DNA from: Rhynchobatus australiae
Taxonomy: Eukaryota
DNA length: 64,000 bases
Reading direction: 5' to 3'
NCBI GenBank assembly: GCA_034780895.1
Contig: JAUZTB010000027.1
Location: 22,076,249 to 22,140,248, forward strand
This document shows, in pieces, positions 50,400 through 63,489 of this stretch (the stretch's first letter is position 1; every line of letters starts with the position of its first letter). Below the pieces are notes generated by a model, which had not been told where the DNA came from, made no database searches, and was given only the letters and a program-made list of their open reading frames with translations. Position numbers and translations under genes: made by a program.

Positions 50400-52860
50400 T
50401 GCCTCCTCATATTGAATAATGCAACTGTCTCTCCAACCTCCTTATTCCAAATGTCAGATTTGTAAGGTGGCATTAACACACAGGTTCTATACTGTTATTT
50501 GAAATCTTTCTTTCAATGATTGGAGTTATAATTTTGTTTCTGTCTCATCTGCATTCCTTCCACTTTCTTCATGATTTAGCCACACCAAGTTGAATCACAT
50601 TTTCTGAGTCTTCAATGCAACTTGGTAAGTGTATAATCTATTATTGAATGTGGTGGCATGTAGTTTAACAAAAAATTAGCTAATTCATGTCTCTGTTAAA
50701 TTTAGATACCTTGTAATACTTGTTTCTTGCTGTTTTGAAATTTCTCATGGATCTCTCTGATTTGACACTGGTTGAGATGATGAAACAAAAGTGCACTTAA
50801 TGCCATTTTCTTTCAAAAAGTGGTCAGATAGAAATAAATGCAACTGGGAGCCATTGTTCTTCAGTGGCATGAGACAATGGCACTCAGTTCTTCATTTACG
50901 TGATCCATTGTTTAGAGGGCCCAACGTATTTCACTTCGATCCATTATAGTCACTATCCGTGAGTATTAAGATATCTCCCATTCTTGCACTAATCACTGTG
51001 TACTCTTTGGAAAATACTTGTTAGTCAATTTCAAGTTAGTAAAGGTTGGCTCTGCAATTTTGATATAGTAAATGGGTGTATCAGCTCTTCAAGATCTTTA
51101 TCTGACCTACGCTAATCAACAAAATGTCTGACTTTTGCCAGTGTACTCAATATCAGAATATTGAATGTGAAACTTTTCTAAAAGTTGTCTGCTCGATAAC
51201 TTGATTTGACAATCAGTGTTGCCATTGAACATCATTTTTCCTCAAACAACTTATTGTCAGTTACTGTACAGTCTCGCATCCTTTTAAAACATTCTCATGT
51301 TATTTTGTAATGATACCTCTGTCTTGTTCTAATATTCAAAGATTTTCTATTTTTTTTGTATGTATTTATTTGTCCCCAATCCTGGTTGCCTAGGTAATGA
51401 TCTGCATCTTGCCCATTGTAACTTCAGTCCTTAAGTGACAACTTTGCAGTACGAGGTGGTTTACGTAGGATCAATTACTGCTGATCTTTCTTTACTTGAG
51501 TGTATACTTGTGACAGATGAAGTTTGGTGAAAGCTTCAGTTCATGCATGGTGGTGGCAGGAATCCTGTGAAGTAGGTGACCAGTGGTGTTCCGCAGGGAT
51601 TTGTTCTGGGACTCCTGCTCTTTGTGATTTATTTTAATTTAATTTTTTATATAATATAAATGACTTGAATGTGGAAGGTTAGTACATTTGTGGATATCAC
51701 TAAGGTTGCTGTAGGTTACAAAACATTGATAGAATGCAGAGCTGGGCTGAGAAGTGGCAGATGGAGTTCAACCCAGAAAAGTGTGAGGTGATGCTCTTTG
51801 GAAGATCAAATTTGAAGGCAGAATATAAGGTTAATGGAAGGATTCATAGCAGTGTGGAGGAACAGAGGGATCTTGGGGTCCATGTCCATAGATCCCTTAA
51901 GGTTGCCTTGCCGGTTGATACAGTTGTTAAGAAGGGGGATGGAGTGTTGGCCTTCATTAGTCAGGGCATTAAGTTCAAGAGCCGCGAGGTGATGTTGCAG
52001 CTCTACAGAACTCTGGTCAGATCACACTTGGAGAATTGTGTTCATTTCTGGTCGCCTCATTATTTGAAGGATGCGGAAGCTTTAGAGGGAGTGCAGAGGA
52101 GATTTACCAGGATGTTGCCTGGATTGGAGAGCGTGTCTTATGAGGATAGGCTGAGTGAGCTAGGGCTTTTCTCTTTGGAGAGAGAGGATGAGAGGTGACT
52201 TGATAGAAGTGTACAAGATGATAAGAGGCACATATTGAGTGGATAGTCAGAGACTTCTTCCCCAGGGTGAAAATGGCTAACGTGAGGGAGCATAACTTTT
52301 AAGGTGATTGAAGGAAGGTATAGGAAGGATGTCAGAGGTAATTTTGTTTATTAAGCACAGAGTGATGGGTGTGTGGAGCACCCTTCCAGCAGAGGTGGTG
52401 AAGGCAAATACATTAGGGATATTTAAGAGACTCTTAGATAGTCACATGAATGATAGAAAAATGGAGGGCTACATGGGAGGGAAGGGTTAGATAGATCTTA
52501 GAGTAGGATAAAATGTTGGCACACCATCATGGGTGGAAAGGCCTGTACTGTGCTGTAATGTTCTAGGCAAGGAACACTGTTCATCATCAACTGCTTGGTT
52601 CAATGTCACCTTTGTAATCACTACATAATTGAAGAGTCTCATCTGGTTTCGGCAAGACTTGTCTATTCACTGTGATGTCTTTCCGAGAATGCCACTTTGT
52701 TCTAATTTATCCAACTTTTCCTCCATCTGCTTCTTTAATGCAATGGGAGCCATCCAAAGATACCTTGTCCCAGTACTGCTTAAATAATATTGGTTGATTA
52801 GTGTATTAAGCCACAATCATGGGTAGTTCTAGTTTGTGAACATTGTGATCCCGAGACATT
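50400..52860 (-). mobile_element. Decayed Gypsy pol relic split by a CR1 insertion
   Basis: PIALKKQMEEKLDKLEQSGI, KPDETLQLCSDYK and VTLNQAVDDEQ (RT start, 52570-52760); NNGSQL...FLKENGIKCTFVSSSQPVSN (integrase, about 50760-50870). Confidence 0.7.
51572..52566 (+). mobile_element. CR1 LINE 3' fragment, same subfamily as 15400-16995
   Basis: WAEKWQMEFNPEKCEV...QRRFTRMLPGLESVSYE and a closely similar 3' UTR end. Confidence 0.93.
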
Positions 52861-52899
52861 ATCTGGCCTAGATATGGTTTTAAAAAAAGTTCAAAAAAG

Positions 52900-53061
52900 G
52901 CAGTAGGGATAGTCCGGGGAATTACAGACTGGTGATTTTCACATCTGTGGTGGGTAAGCTGTTAGAAAGGATTCTAAGGGATAAGATCTATGAACACCTA
53001 GAGAATCATGGACTGATTAGGGACAGCCAGCATGGCTTTGTGAAGGGAAGATCTTGCCTCA
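52900..53061 (+). mobile_element. CR1 RT fragment running into a gap
   Basis: GNYR...TSVVGKLLERILRD...SQHGFVKGRSCL. Confidence 0.9.
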
Positions 53062-54023
53062 NNNNNNNNNNNNNNNNNNNNNNNNNNNNNNNNNNNNNNN
53101 NNNNNNNNNNNNNNNNNNNNNNNNNNNNNNNNNNNNNNNNNNNNNNNNNNNNNNNNNNNNNCAAAACAGGTAGGGTTTCTACCTTGATTGTGATCCATTT
53201 GGAAAGAGCACTTGTGGACACTGGTTGAGGATATGATATATATGGTTGACCCACCTACCAACAGATAATGGCCATGGAAGGTGGACTTTAAATGCAACAG
53301 CTGGCAGCTGCTGGATAAGGGGAAAGAAAAAATTGTTAAAATAAAACTATTCATTATTTCTGATTTGGCTGCAAAACTCAACAACAAAATTTTAACTTTG
53401 TGCTTGGGCAGTTCAGTTTATGCAATGTAAATGTGCTGTCAACAAATTAATTATTTTAGTTTAAAAGAGTGCACTTAGCTTTGAATAAAATTAACTTCCT
53501 TACAGCTCAATGGCAATATAGTTGTTGCACAACTGAATAAATAATTCAGAGGCCGATCATAATGATTCAGAGTCATGAGCTCAAATCCCACCATGCCATC
53601 TGGGGAATTTAAATACAAAATAAAACTTGGCTCATCATAAAAACCCATACGGCTCACTAATTCCCTGAAATGGCCTAGCAAGCCACTCAATTCAAGGGCA
53701 ATTATGGATGGACAATAAATTCTGCACGTCAGCAATCTCCATATATGTAACTTAGGGTTAAAATTAGGGTTAAAAATAGGTAAATTTTTTATTTTATAAA
53801 GGATGCAATTATATTTCAAAGAAAATCCTGGCTAATTTTAAGGAGGGTCACCTATTTCAAATGGATGCTTTCTTCCTGTTCTAGTAAACACAATGTGCAA
53901 ATTGGGCGGAGATCCAGCAATAAGGTCATTAACTAGATGAAGTCTATCCGTATAAAATGTCTTACTGTGTGAGATCTCAATGACTTTTCAATGAGAAAAC
54001 AAAATTATTAATTTTTGAATTAC

Positions 54024-54162
54024 CTTCTCCATGACAGTAATATGTCCTTTTGTGTTCTGGCCAATTCTGCCTTTGTTCTAAATGTTCTGTTATATCCAAG
54101 TAGGCTTCATCAAGGCTTACTGGTAGGAAATTTGGGTCATATTCTACCAGTATCTCTTGTAC
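54024..54162 (-). CDS. POLK: Isolated internal exon of DNA polymerase kappa (DinB/Y-family catalytic SLDEAYLD motif)
   Basis: aaag|VQEILVEYDPNFLPVSLDEAYLDITEHLEQRQNWPEHKRTYYCHGE-G|gtaat; intact and closely resembling vertebrate POLK (VKEILADYDPNFMAMSLDEAYLNITKHLEERQNWPEDKRRY). Confidence 0.9.
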
Positions 54163-54939
54163 CTTTGTCAGAGAAGATATAAAAATATTTGAAATTTTGT
54201 AAAGCCATTGATGATCACATAACAATACATCACATTCTTTCATCAAAAAGGAACAAAGGGTTTGTATTCTGCAATCCACTTGGCCATCAACAGTCAGTTA
54301 ATAACTTAAAATAAATGAAATATTTTCACTACAAAAGACTTTCTATGCACATATAATCTCTTAAAGAATGCAATGATTTACTTGATAGCGGTCAGTATCA
54401 ATTTAGATTGGTTAAATATCAATTGGTTTCTCTTAGAATCTCCTGTTACTTCAGAGAAAAAGGTTTCAGAACACATGGAGATAAATAAAGAAATGAGGAA
54501 GTATGTTGCAAAATAACTCTACAGTGGAAGTAATACTACATAACAATGCAAAAGAATATAAATGAAGCCCATTAACAGGCAGATTGTGCAATACGTTAAA
54601 TGCAGCACAGAGGGAGGTCTAATGAGCAGCATAAAATCTGATACCTAGTCCAGAAGAAAATCTACATCACTTCTATTACAGAGTACACAGATGGTTATTA
54701 TGTATTGTGTTGGACTGTCTTCTCTGTTGTGTATTAAGGTAAGTTGAGAGACTACATAAACAATGTAGAAAATTTTCAATGAACACTTAAAACACCTTTG
54801 AAAATCATGAATCCACACTGGGAGGGAAAACTGTTCAAGAAAAAGTAAGTTTTAACATGTACTGTTAATGCTAAACATGTTTAGTCTCAACAAAAAAATC
54901 CTATTTAATGAACTTGTAGGTGTATTTATTAATGGGCTC

Positions 54940-55325
54940 AACACAGGATATTTACCAGGATGCTGCCTGGATTAGAGTGTATGGAATATGAGGAGAGGCT
55001 TAAGGTGCTAGGGCTCTCCTCACTGGAGAGGAGGAGGATGAGGGGAGACATGATAGGGGTGTATAAAATGTTGAGAGGAACAGATAGTGGACAGCGAGTG
55101 CCTCTTTCCCAGGGCACCAATGCTCAAGACAAGAGGGTATGGATTTAAAGTAATGGGGGGGAAGTTCAGGGGAGATGTCAGAGGGAGGTTTTTCACCCAG
55201 AGAGTGGTTGGTGCATGGAATGCGCTGCCTGTGGGAGGAAAGGGTTAGATGGTGTGAGGTGTGGTTTGATGGGTGGCACAACACGGTGGGCTGAAGGGCC
55301 TGTATTGTTCTATGGTTAAAGTTCA
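54940..55325 (+). mobile_element. CR1 LINE 3' fragment
   Basis: FTRMLPGLECMEYEERLKVLGLSSLERRRMRGD followed by a CR1 tail. Confidence 0.9.
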
Positions 55326-57538
55326 GCATACTCTGTGTTGGTGGTATTTAGCTGAACTTGCTTGGATATGAATCCTTGGTCATAATTGAACAAATTCATT
55401 CTATATATCATCAGTCTGACTGTTTTAGCAACTTTTGTCTTGAAGTTTTCCACAATTACTGCTGGTATAAATGCTATAGGGGCCTAGTTCTCTAGAGGGT
55501 GGGTGGGAGGGAATGAATGATCCCATCCTGTCAAAGGCCTTCCTAAAGTCCATGTAGACAATGTCTACCAACCTGCCTGCATTTACCACATGAGGAACAA
55601 AAACATTAGAAGATATCACTTCTGTGAGACACTATTTCCCACACAAAGCCATGTTGACCATCCCTAATCCATCCTTAAATAAAGGCATAACACCTGGTAC
55701 TTCACCCACAGCTAAAGACTATAAATATCACTGTCAGGCCTCCTGCAAATACTTTGCTAGCCATGTCCTATATGTATAATAATAAGTATAGCAACTCTTG
55801 GTCATCTAGATGGTGATGTAAGCACAGAAGGGGAAAATAACCACTAGGACTAAGACTGGGAATATATTAAAAAGGTAATTCATTCAAGACTAGAATGAAA
55901 GCAGCTCAATCTTAAAAGCACACTATAAAAACAACAATCAGGACCCTGTAGGATCAGAGGCAAACATTATTTGCTAAAAACTATTTATTTAAAGCATGTA
56001 CACTTGAACAGTGAAAGCTCAATTAAATTGCCACAGCCAAATATGAAACTAATACAAAAAAAATCACTTCAGAATTAGACAATTTGCAGTCAACTTTAAA
56101 TGCACAAAAATAGACACTAGCTTTGGTTGTCAAATATTTGAAATGGAAAGATAGAAAAACTGCTATTACTGACTCAACCCTATCATCAGGGAAGTGCAAC
56201 TAGCCTCCACTCCATACAATTTAAATTTCTGTATTTCAATTGAAATCACAAATTTTATGCTCAACTAAAGATAAGCTAGCAAATACAAAATGTTACAGTA
56301 GGAAAAAGACTTTCAACTTAAGACAGTACTAAGCTATGATATTAAGCTCTTTAATGAATATTGTCATCCAAGAGGCACACTTAGCATGTAGTGTCCACAC
56401 AGAGCTTAATGCCCAGTCATGTGGGTAGAAATGGAAGGAGCACAGAATCTGTCAAATGTTTGCATTGCTTTTCTGATGCAGGTCTATTTAATGTTCCTTT
56501 ATCAAATGTCTTTGCATGCATTGAAGAGTTCAGGTGTGAATTAATGGGATTTTGGAGGGTGGGACAAAAAGAGTAGTGAAAAATGATGCATGTGATTGAC
56601 AACACCAGGAATTAATTTGTAATTTTAGAGGACTTCGTTAGAGAACTTAATATGTGGATTCCTAAATGCTGTTCCATCTCTGTTCCACTGTATACAATGG
56701 CAGAGGTAAAAATCAGTGGAATTAGACAATGTCATTTACAACTACAAATTGGGAACATGCTGCAAATAAACTGCATCCACTGCAATAGTTTACATTCAAT
56801 ATAAAATTATACAGCAGTTACTCTTATGAATACATAATTCCATTAAGCATTGAAAACCTACCTGACAATCACAAATCCAGGCTTCAGGCATAGCAAAAAA
56901 TAAAAACACTTTTATTTACTCAGTCANNNNNNNNNNNNNCTGGGAGATAATCTTTTTTTAAAAAAACTGTGCTTCCTTAAAAGCTCCTAAAATTTCCTGA
57001 GAATGCATATGTTGTCAATGTAAAGCAGTTTTTGGCTAGTAGCTGTGAGAATTTGATTCCACAATGCCTTTAAAAGCATTACACATTAAACTCTACATAT
57101 GGATTTGTAAATCATTTAAAACCAATACTACCTTTAGAATACAATATTTGCATACTTAAAACCTTAACTTCATTAACATTCTCAATTTTATTCAAAGCTG
57201 CAGAAAAAGATTGAGCAGTAAGAGCCTAGTAGGAAAAAATATAAAACTGAATAAACTTTGGCTCATTTATACTTTGGAAAAATTGAAAAGGGTGAGTCAT
57301 GGACTAATGAAAATAAAGCTCTGAGCAATAATTTATTGCAGTTAGCTCAAGAAAGGCTTGTTTTCTCATCCTAACAATTTAGTAACTTCTTGTCAAGTTC
57401 CAATGCAGGATCGACTGGAATGTAATTTCAATTCTCCCTGCCACCTCATTGTGCCATACACTCTATGCTCCACTCATATTTTCAATCATTAGGTGGTTTA
57501 AAAACAAGTCTCTAAAATGTCTGTTTAATGCCAACTCC

Positions 57539-57748
57539 TCATTCCTCCCCGTAGCCATACATTTCAGCAAGTTTGCGGAAGCGTGGGCCCCAATCGTTCA
57601 AGTGGTCATAGTCCTGGTCTGCATCAGAGTTGTTGGACGAATTCACTGAACTTAAAGATTCTGCCTCTGAACCACCACCTTCATAATCGAACACCAAGAG
57701 GGAATCATAGGGAGGAGCAGTTGGATCATTGTCAGCAGTCTTCAGGTT
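57539..57748 (-). CDS. CDH1: Type I classical cadherin (E-cadherin-like), last exon, beta-catenin-binding domain
   Basis: [68 protein letters not shown]; 210 bp. CDH3 cannot be fully excluded. Confidence 0.88.
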   Translation of the reverse strand, partial: NLKTADNDPTAPPYDSLLVFDYEGGGSEAESLSSVNSSNNSDADQDYDHLNDWGPRFRKLAEMYGYGEE

Positions 57749-58026
57749 CTGTGGAGATAAAACGAAGTGAAAGTATAAGTCAGGTAACCTATGATGCTGA
57801 CCATGATGGCAACAGCCCTGGTAATAGGATTATTAATTATTTTACGTTATGATAGGTGCTAATTAATTTGTTAATTCAACAAATTTCATGATCCGAATTT
57901 CTGTTTCCTGAATATTTTGGGATACATCAGTAATACTAACCAAACTCTGAATTTCACTAATTGCAGAATTTTACTGCTACTTATTTCCCCAGACTAAGGC
58001 TATTTTAATAATGATTGGTACCCTAC

Positions 58027-58167
58027 CTCATCAATAAAGTTGCCGATCTCATCTGGGTTTGCAGGACGTGGCCGATATTGTGGTGCCAAGAGTACAGGAG
58101 CCACATCATTACGAACAACTTCAGGTCTGGCGTCTAAGCCCCGGTGCAGTTGGCTGAGATCATAATC
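58027..58167 (-). CDS. CDH1: Cadherin cytoplasmic exon
   Basis: [47 protein letters not shown]; canonical ag/gt boundaries; GLDARPEV is E-cadherin-like. Confidence 0.9.
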
Positions 58168-59582
58168 CTGTTAAACAAGAGTTGTACCACAATATTGATT
58201 GGAGATGTTTTGGTACACTGATTATTTAATACAGGAATTTTTCTTCTAAAATCTGCCAACAATTGCCAGTTGCCCTCTTGAGTCAGTGAGACTCAAGCAA
58301 TTGATAATAGACATCTTACCAGAATGAAATATGCTTCCCATTTTGTTATAAATGGGGAGGGCATACATGCTGATTACTTAGTGGAAGCTGGTGTGGGACC
58401 CAAGTGGCTGGCAAAGCTGGGACTGAGAAGTGGGTGGTATGGCCTTGTGTCCAGAACCTGCAAGAACAGCTTAAAGCAGAGCATTCTTCTGCACCCGAAA
58501 TAGCAGCAGGAAACATGCCACGTGTGTAGATACAGTGCAAACTTTCAAATCCTTTGTAGGAATTGGACTCAATTGTAGCTAGGTGGGGAGCCCAAAACAT
58601 GATAATGGAATCTAACCAGCTGTAGTTATTTATACTGGGAATCCTGGCTGGATTTTGGCTCACTTGAAGGTCCTGAGCAGTCACTAGCTAGTCATGAATC
58701 AATACAACTAGCCCCCTCTCCACCCAATCATCACACTTTTGATGCATTAATACAAGTTTGGATTTAAGATTCTATATCATATAAATCCTGCTCATCCTAT
58801 GTGGCATTGATAACAAATCTGAAGACAACTTCTTCACACTTGAAAATACCTTCCCTTGCACAAGTGTTCATTTTAAAAATGTATATCTACATGTGATGTG
58901 TAATGCAAGGAATGTTATTTTCAATTCATTTCACTGGAGTCTGAATTTCTTCACCAAAAATTGATGTGGAAATAGATACCACTACAGATCTTGGTAAATG
59001 AAAGGTAAAGGAAAGAAAAAAGTACAGTTAATGGAAACCCAAAACAAAAACAGGAAGATGCTATAAGCACAGCAGATCAGGCAGCATCAGTGGGGAGAGA
59101 AACAAGAGTTAGTTTCAGTTCAGGGACTCGACTTCAAAGCTGGAAAAGGAAATGAGCACATTTCTCAACCTGCTGAGGTTTTAAGTAATTTAAAGAATGT
59201 TTTTATTAGTTTTGTATCAATTCTTTCATGACCAGTGACTTACGGCCTTTTACTGAATTAACATATGACCTATTCATTTAGGTCATATTTATAATGCATT
59301 GGCATTTAGTGTATAACCATATTACCATCTCCCATAGCAGAACTCATGCTTAACACTTCTGTTTGGAGGAGGACAGGTCAGCTGGTAATGGCAGAGGTCT
59401 GGCTTGAAACAGGCATAATGACAGCAAGCTTAAACATCACTCAAGAACTCATGCTCAGCTCAGGGTAAGAATTGCTCCTGTGTAAAATATGGATTCTAGC
59501 AAAAGTAAGCAAACAACATCACGTGGATCCTAGTTAATTGATCCTCAAAAAGCAAGATTTAAACTGTTCCACCAGCACCAAC

Positions 59583-59713
59583 CTGGTCTTCTTCACCACC
59601 ACCCTCTTCATCATAATGGTAAACATTGTCCCGAATGTCCTCTTCGAGTAATAATGGCTCCTTTTTGACACTTCGCCTCTTTCTTAGAAAAAGCAGGAGC
59701 AGTAGCACTAAAA
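59583..59713 (-). CDS. CDH1: Cadherin TM end and p120-binding juxtamembrane exon
   Basis: (I)[43 protein letters not shown]; 131 bp. Confidence 0.9.
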
Positions 59714-60634
59714 CTGTTAGAAAATACAATTTTAAAAAATTATTTCACTTTATGGAACTTAAACTCCTTATTTAAAATCTGCAATTGAAGTGTAACCACT
59801 TTATAAAAGCTTGTACTTTTGTAGGTATAAATGTACAATATTATACATGGCACATGGACACAACTAATAGCAGAATGGCCAGCCAGGGAATTTGCGAACT
59901 AACCAAGAAACTGACTGTGGTGCAAGGTGCAATGTTTGGTGGCTGTAACCAGATAAATATCATAAATTTAAACAACTTGTGCTGATCCCAAGATAAATAG
60001 GATGAGGTATAATGGAAGTAAAACCCATCTATNNNNNNNNNNNNNNNNNNNNNNNNNNNNNNNNNNNNNNNNNNNNNNNNNNNNNNNNNNNNNNNNNNNN
60101 NNNNNNNNNNNNNNNNNNNNNNNNNNNNNNNNTATGGAATCTGGGACTGTTTCCCTTCTAAGGAGATATTTAATTAGCATTCAAAATCATGAAGGTGTTA
60201 ACAAAGTAAGGGGCAAGGAAGTGGTAACTAGACAATATTATGTAATTGTAAAATAACCAGAGGAAATGAGATCTTTTTTTAAAAACACAGCAAGTCACTT
60301 GGTGGTGGTGAGGGAATGCAGAATGCAGAAAAACAAAATTGGAGACTAACTGGGTAATTCTTAGAAACAGCCACTGTGGGCCAAACTACTTCACTTTGAT
60401 CCCCACATCATGTAGCAGTTCCATCAAGCAATTTACTTGCACTTCCTCTATATTCAGCCTCTGAAGTGCTTGCGGGGGGAGCGGGGGAGAAAGAGATCAT
60501 TATTTTGTTTGAGAATTGAATAGCAGGAATATTCTCTAACTTACTTCACCTTTAGCTTTGTTTAAAAATTAGGAATGTAGACTGTCCAATTTTTAAGCAT
60601 TGATCATTTTAACTTGTATGCAAATGATACTTAC

Positions 60635-60856
60635 TCAACAATGCCAAGATAGCACCCAGAATAGCCAAAATGCCAGGGATGCCAAAGGAAGCAGCAACAA
60701 TCCTGTCTTTACAAGCACCATTTTCACAGTCGCACACATCCACTCGCAGCCCTGTGACCTGAGACATTTGTGGTGTACCACCATCTGTTACTCTCAGATG
60801 AACTTCATACGTATTGGGTTCAATTTTTCTCCTCAGCTTTAACAGCTTCACGTCAG
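60635..60856 (-). CDS. CDH1: Cadherin EC5/TM exon
   Basis: DVKLLKLRRKIEPNTYEVHLRVTDGG...VDVCDCENGACKD...IPGILAILGAILALL; ttag/gtaag boundaries. Confidence 0.9.
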
Positions 60857-61676
60857 CTAAACAAAAGATTACATGTTGTTTTGTAACTTTTACATAAGAA
60901 AGCATTGCTTAACTTGAAACATATTAGAGTGTCAGTTGCAGGCAGCAGGCCGTTCGCCCCTTGTTGTCATCACCTGAGATTATTAGCCTCAAATGCTAAC
61001 TGCCACTGATCTGGCCCACATCTTCATTCCCTTCGTCCAATTCCACTTGCCATTATGCACCCAGTATACACTGGCAAACTGATCAAAGTTCCACTTGCAC
61101 TGACATACCAGCTGCAGCTGTTTTAACCATCCTGGTAAAGAAAACAATTGCACTTGACTGTATTGGCAGGGGATGATGAGAGGGGAGGTTACTTTCAATG
61201 CATCAACAGAAATGTGCCCTAGGAATGATGACTCCACAGCCATCCAAAACTTCACTATCATTATCACCATGCCTCCCGCCCTGCCCCCCCAACACCACCG
61301 TCATGTTGCTGGTGAATAGGTCCATCTCTTCCACGAGACTTTTGTTTCTCTTAATCCTTCCCAATTTCCTGCCTTGATGTTGGTGTCCTTGAACCCTTGA
61401 GTCTAACACCTTGCAATACTTCATAACACTGGAGGCATGTTGCTGGATGGATGACATTTGGAGGCATAATGGGGGTGCATCAGGAGGGTGGTGTGGGGGA
61501 GAAACAGAGGAAAGGAATAGTCACTTAGGATTAAGCAAATACTTTGGAGTCTTCTATATCCAGGAAGCAGGCATCAAATTTCAGGGAGAGAGAAAAAAAA
61601 CAGGGAAAGAGTAGAGGTTGAAAAAAAAAGTAAGGAATATAGTTCGTACTTATGTTTTAAATGTAATTAAGCTTAC

Positions 61677-61901
61677 CCCTCTCTGTTGATTCGATAGTCC
61701 AGTTTCTCTCAGCTCCATGAATCAGCATAACTGCATAAGGAGAAGTGTTGGGTGGGATGTCTTTGTCTACAATGGTCACATTCACAGGGACAGGATTTTC
61801 ATTGCACACACGGTTAATAAGTGAAGTAGCAATGGGTGGACTATCATTGATATCTTCAAGCTCCAGTTGAATGGTCCCTGTACCAGTGGCAGGTGGACTC
61901 C
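61677..61901 (-). CDS. CDH1: Cadherin EC4/EC5 exon
   Basis: GSPPATGTGTIQLELEDINDSPP...VCN...IVDKDIPPNTSPY...NWTIE; 225 bp with cag/gtaag boundaries. Upstream exons lie beyond the window. Confidence 0.9.
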
Positions 61902-62162
61902 CTGCATACACAAAAAGGAAACTGAATCCAGTGGCAAAACTTGGGTGGGTTCATATATGACTTGGAAAAAGGTTGATGAATTGACCGTTTTAGTTCATTC
62001 ATCCAGAGGAACCACTATAGCACTTATTTTAAGCCATATCCATTCCATTTGTGAAGCAACATTTCTTCAGTCTTAAACTTTCATTGATTTGAACCTCTAT
62101 TCCCTTGACCCAGTCTCATAACCAAAACAGGAAAAACAAAGGACTGTAGATGCTGGAATCTA

Positions 62163-62332
62163 GATGAACAACACTGATGCTAGAGGAACTCAGCAGACCA
62201 GGCAGCATCCGTGGAGAAAAGCAGGCAGTCAACGTTTCAGGTCAGAAACAACCTGAAACATTGTCTGCCTGTTTTTCTCCACAGATGCTGCCTGTCCTGC
62301 TGAGTTCCTCCAGCACCATAATGTTTTTCATC
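62163..62332. repeat. Long imperfect palindrome (about 80 bp arms, 8 nt loop) built from Penelope-type 3' ends
   Basis: ...gaggaactcagcag..caggcagcatc.gtggagaaaa.caggcag.caa.gtttcaggt-cagaaaca-acctgaaac.ttg.ctgcctg.ttttctccac.gatgctgcctg..ctgctgagttcctc... Confidence 0.9.
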
Positions 62333-62759
62333 ATAATGAAAACATTCCAGTTTTACTTATTAAATGTGATGTATTTCCACATCATTTTAGATTGCTCTGT
62401 TCAAAGCTGAAAACCTTTCCTATAAAAATTTTAGATTTAATGTCATGGATTTCTCCCATCAATAGTTTTCTATTGAAAGAGCCAATTACCATCATGGACT
62501 TAACCAACCTAAATTTTGGCCATAACACCATGTTCTGTAGTATCTAATATAGGCAAGAAACACTCTGTAGTGGAGTGGTGAATGAAATGGATTAGTGAAG
62601 TTCTGCTCCATTTTACTACCAGTGACATTTACAGTATTGACATTACTCCTGGTTACAATCCTAATCAATTTACTTGCATTGTAAAAGTTGGGTACAACTG
62701 TACAGTCCAGTGATCTACATTGGGAGAGAGAATTTTTCATTGGGTGAGATTACTTGACT

Positions 62760-63000
62760 GGACAGCTGCCTGCGACTCCTGATCAGTTGCAGCCACAGCC
62801 CAAGTCACTTGCTCTCCAATAAGCCCACAACTCCCGGCTAAGTTTGGCAGGCAGATCCTACAGTGCATTCTATGCTACTCGAAGTTTAGTGATGCAGGGA
62901 GATAATGCACTTTGCTCATAGTATCCACTTCCATTGTTTCATAGCTAATTGACATGAAAACACTTGCAGATGTCTCCCATGTCTTTTTTGGGGGTGGGAA
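62760..63000 (+). mobile_element. Possible Harbinger transposase relic
   Basis: AFYATRSLVMQGD resembles FYATGSFQ...GD. Confidence 0.4.
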
Positions 63001-63489
63001 GTGGCATCTAGCCTAACCCCAAAAAAGGTCAGAGCTGAGAAATGTCACTGAGGTTCCATGTCTCAGTTTTGCATAAAATCCAAATTAAACACTACTTGTA
63101 TACTGAATATGAAATCCTGTCATATTTAAACAGTGGGTGTACAATTTTTCTGAAGCAAAAAAGGTGCTTTCCTGATTGGTTCAACTGACTAATTTAAACT
63201 GTACTGATGAAGTACATCATGGACCAAAGAAGACAAAACTATTTGCAACATTGCTGAACCAGTCACTTTGCAACTCGTATTGAAATTGATTCCTGTTACT
63301 TTTCTTCATTTATAATTCCAATTCACCATTACATTTTGAAACTACACAGGTCAGGTTTTTCTTGCATAACTGGCTTTTCTAGTGGACTTGGGGTTGACTC
63401 TGAGAAGGCTTGCCATACCCTTCCCCATTAGAAGGTGGATCTGATGACCAAGTTTCACCAATTTAATGACAGGTTCCATGATAACTAAG

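Noticed and set aside
50258-51570. Large decayed host-gene exon on the minus strand
   Set aside because: Contains Gypsy integrase and RT motifs and many stops.
53752-53775. TTAGGG telomere-like units
   Set aside because: Only two units within a 12 bp tandem duplication; not an interstitial telomeric array.
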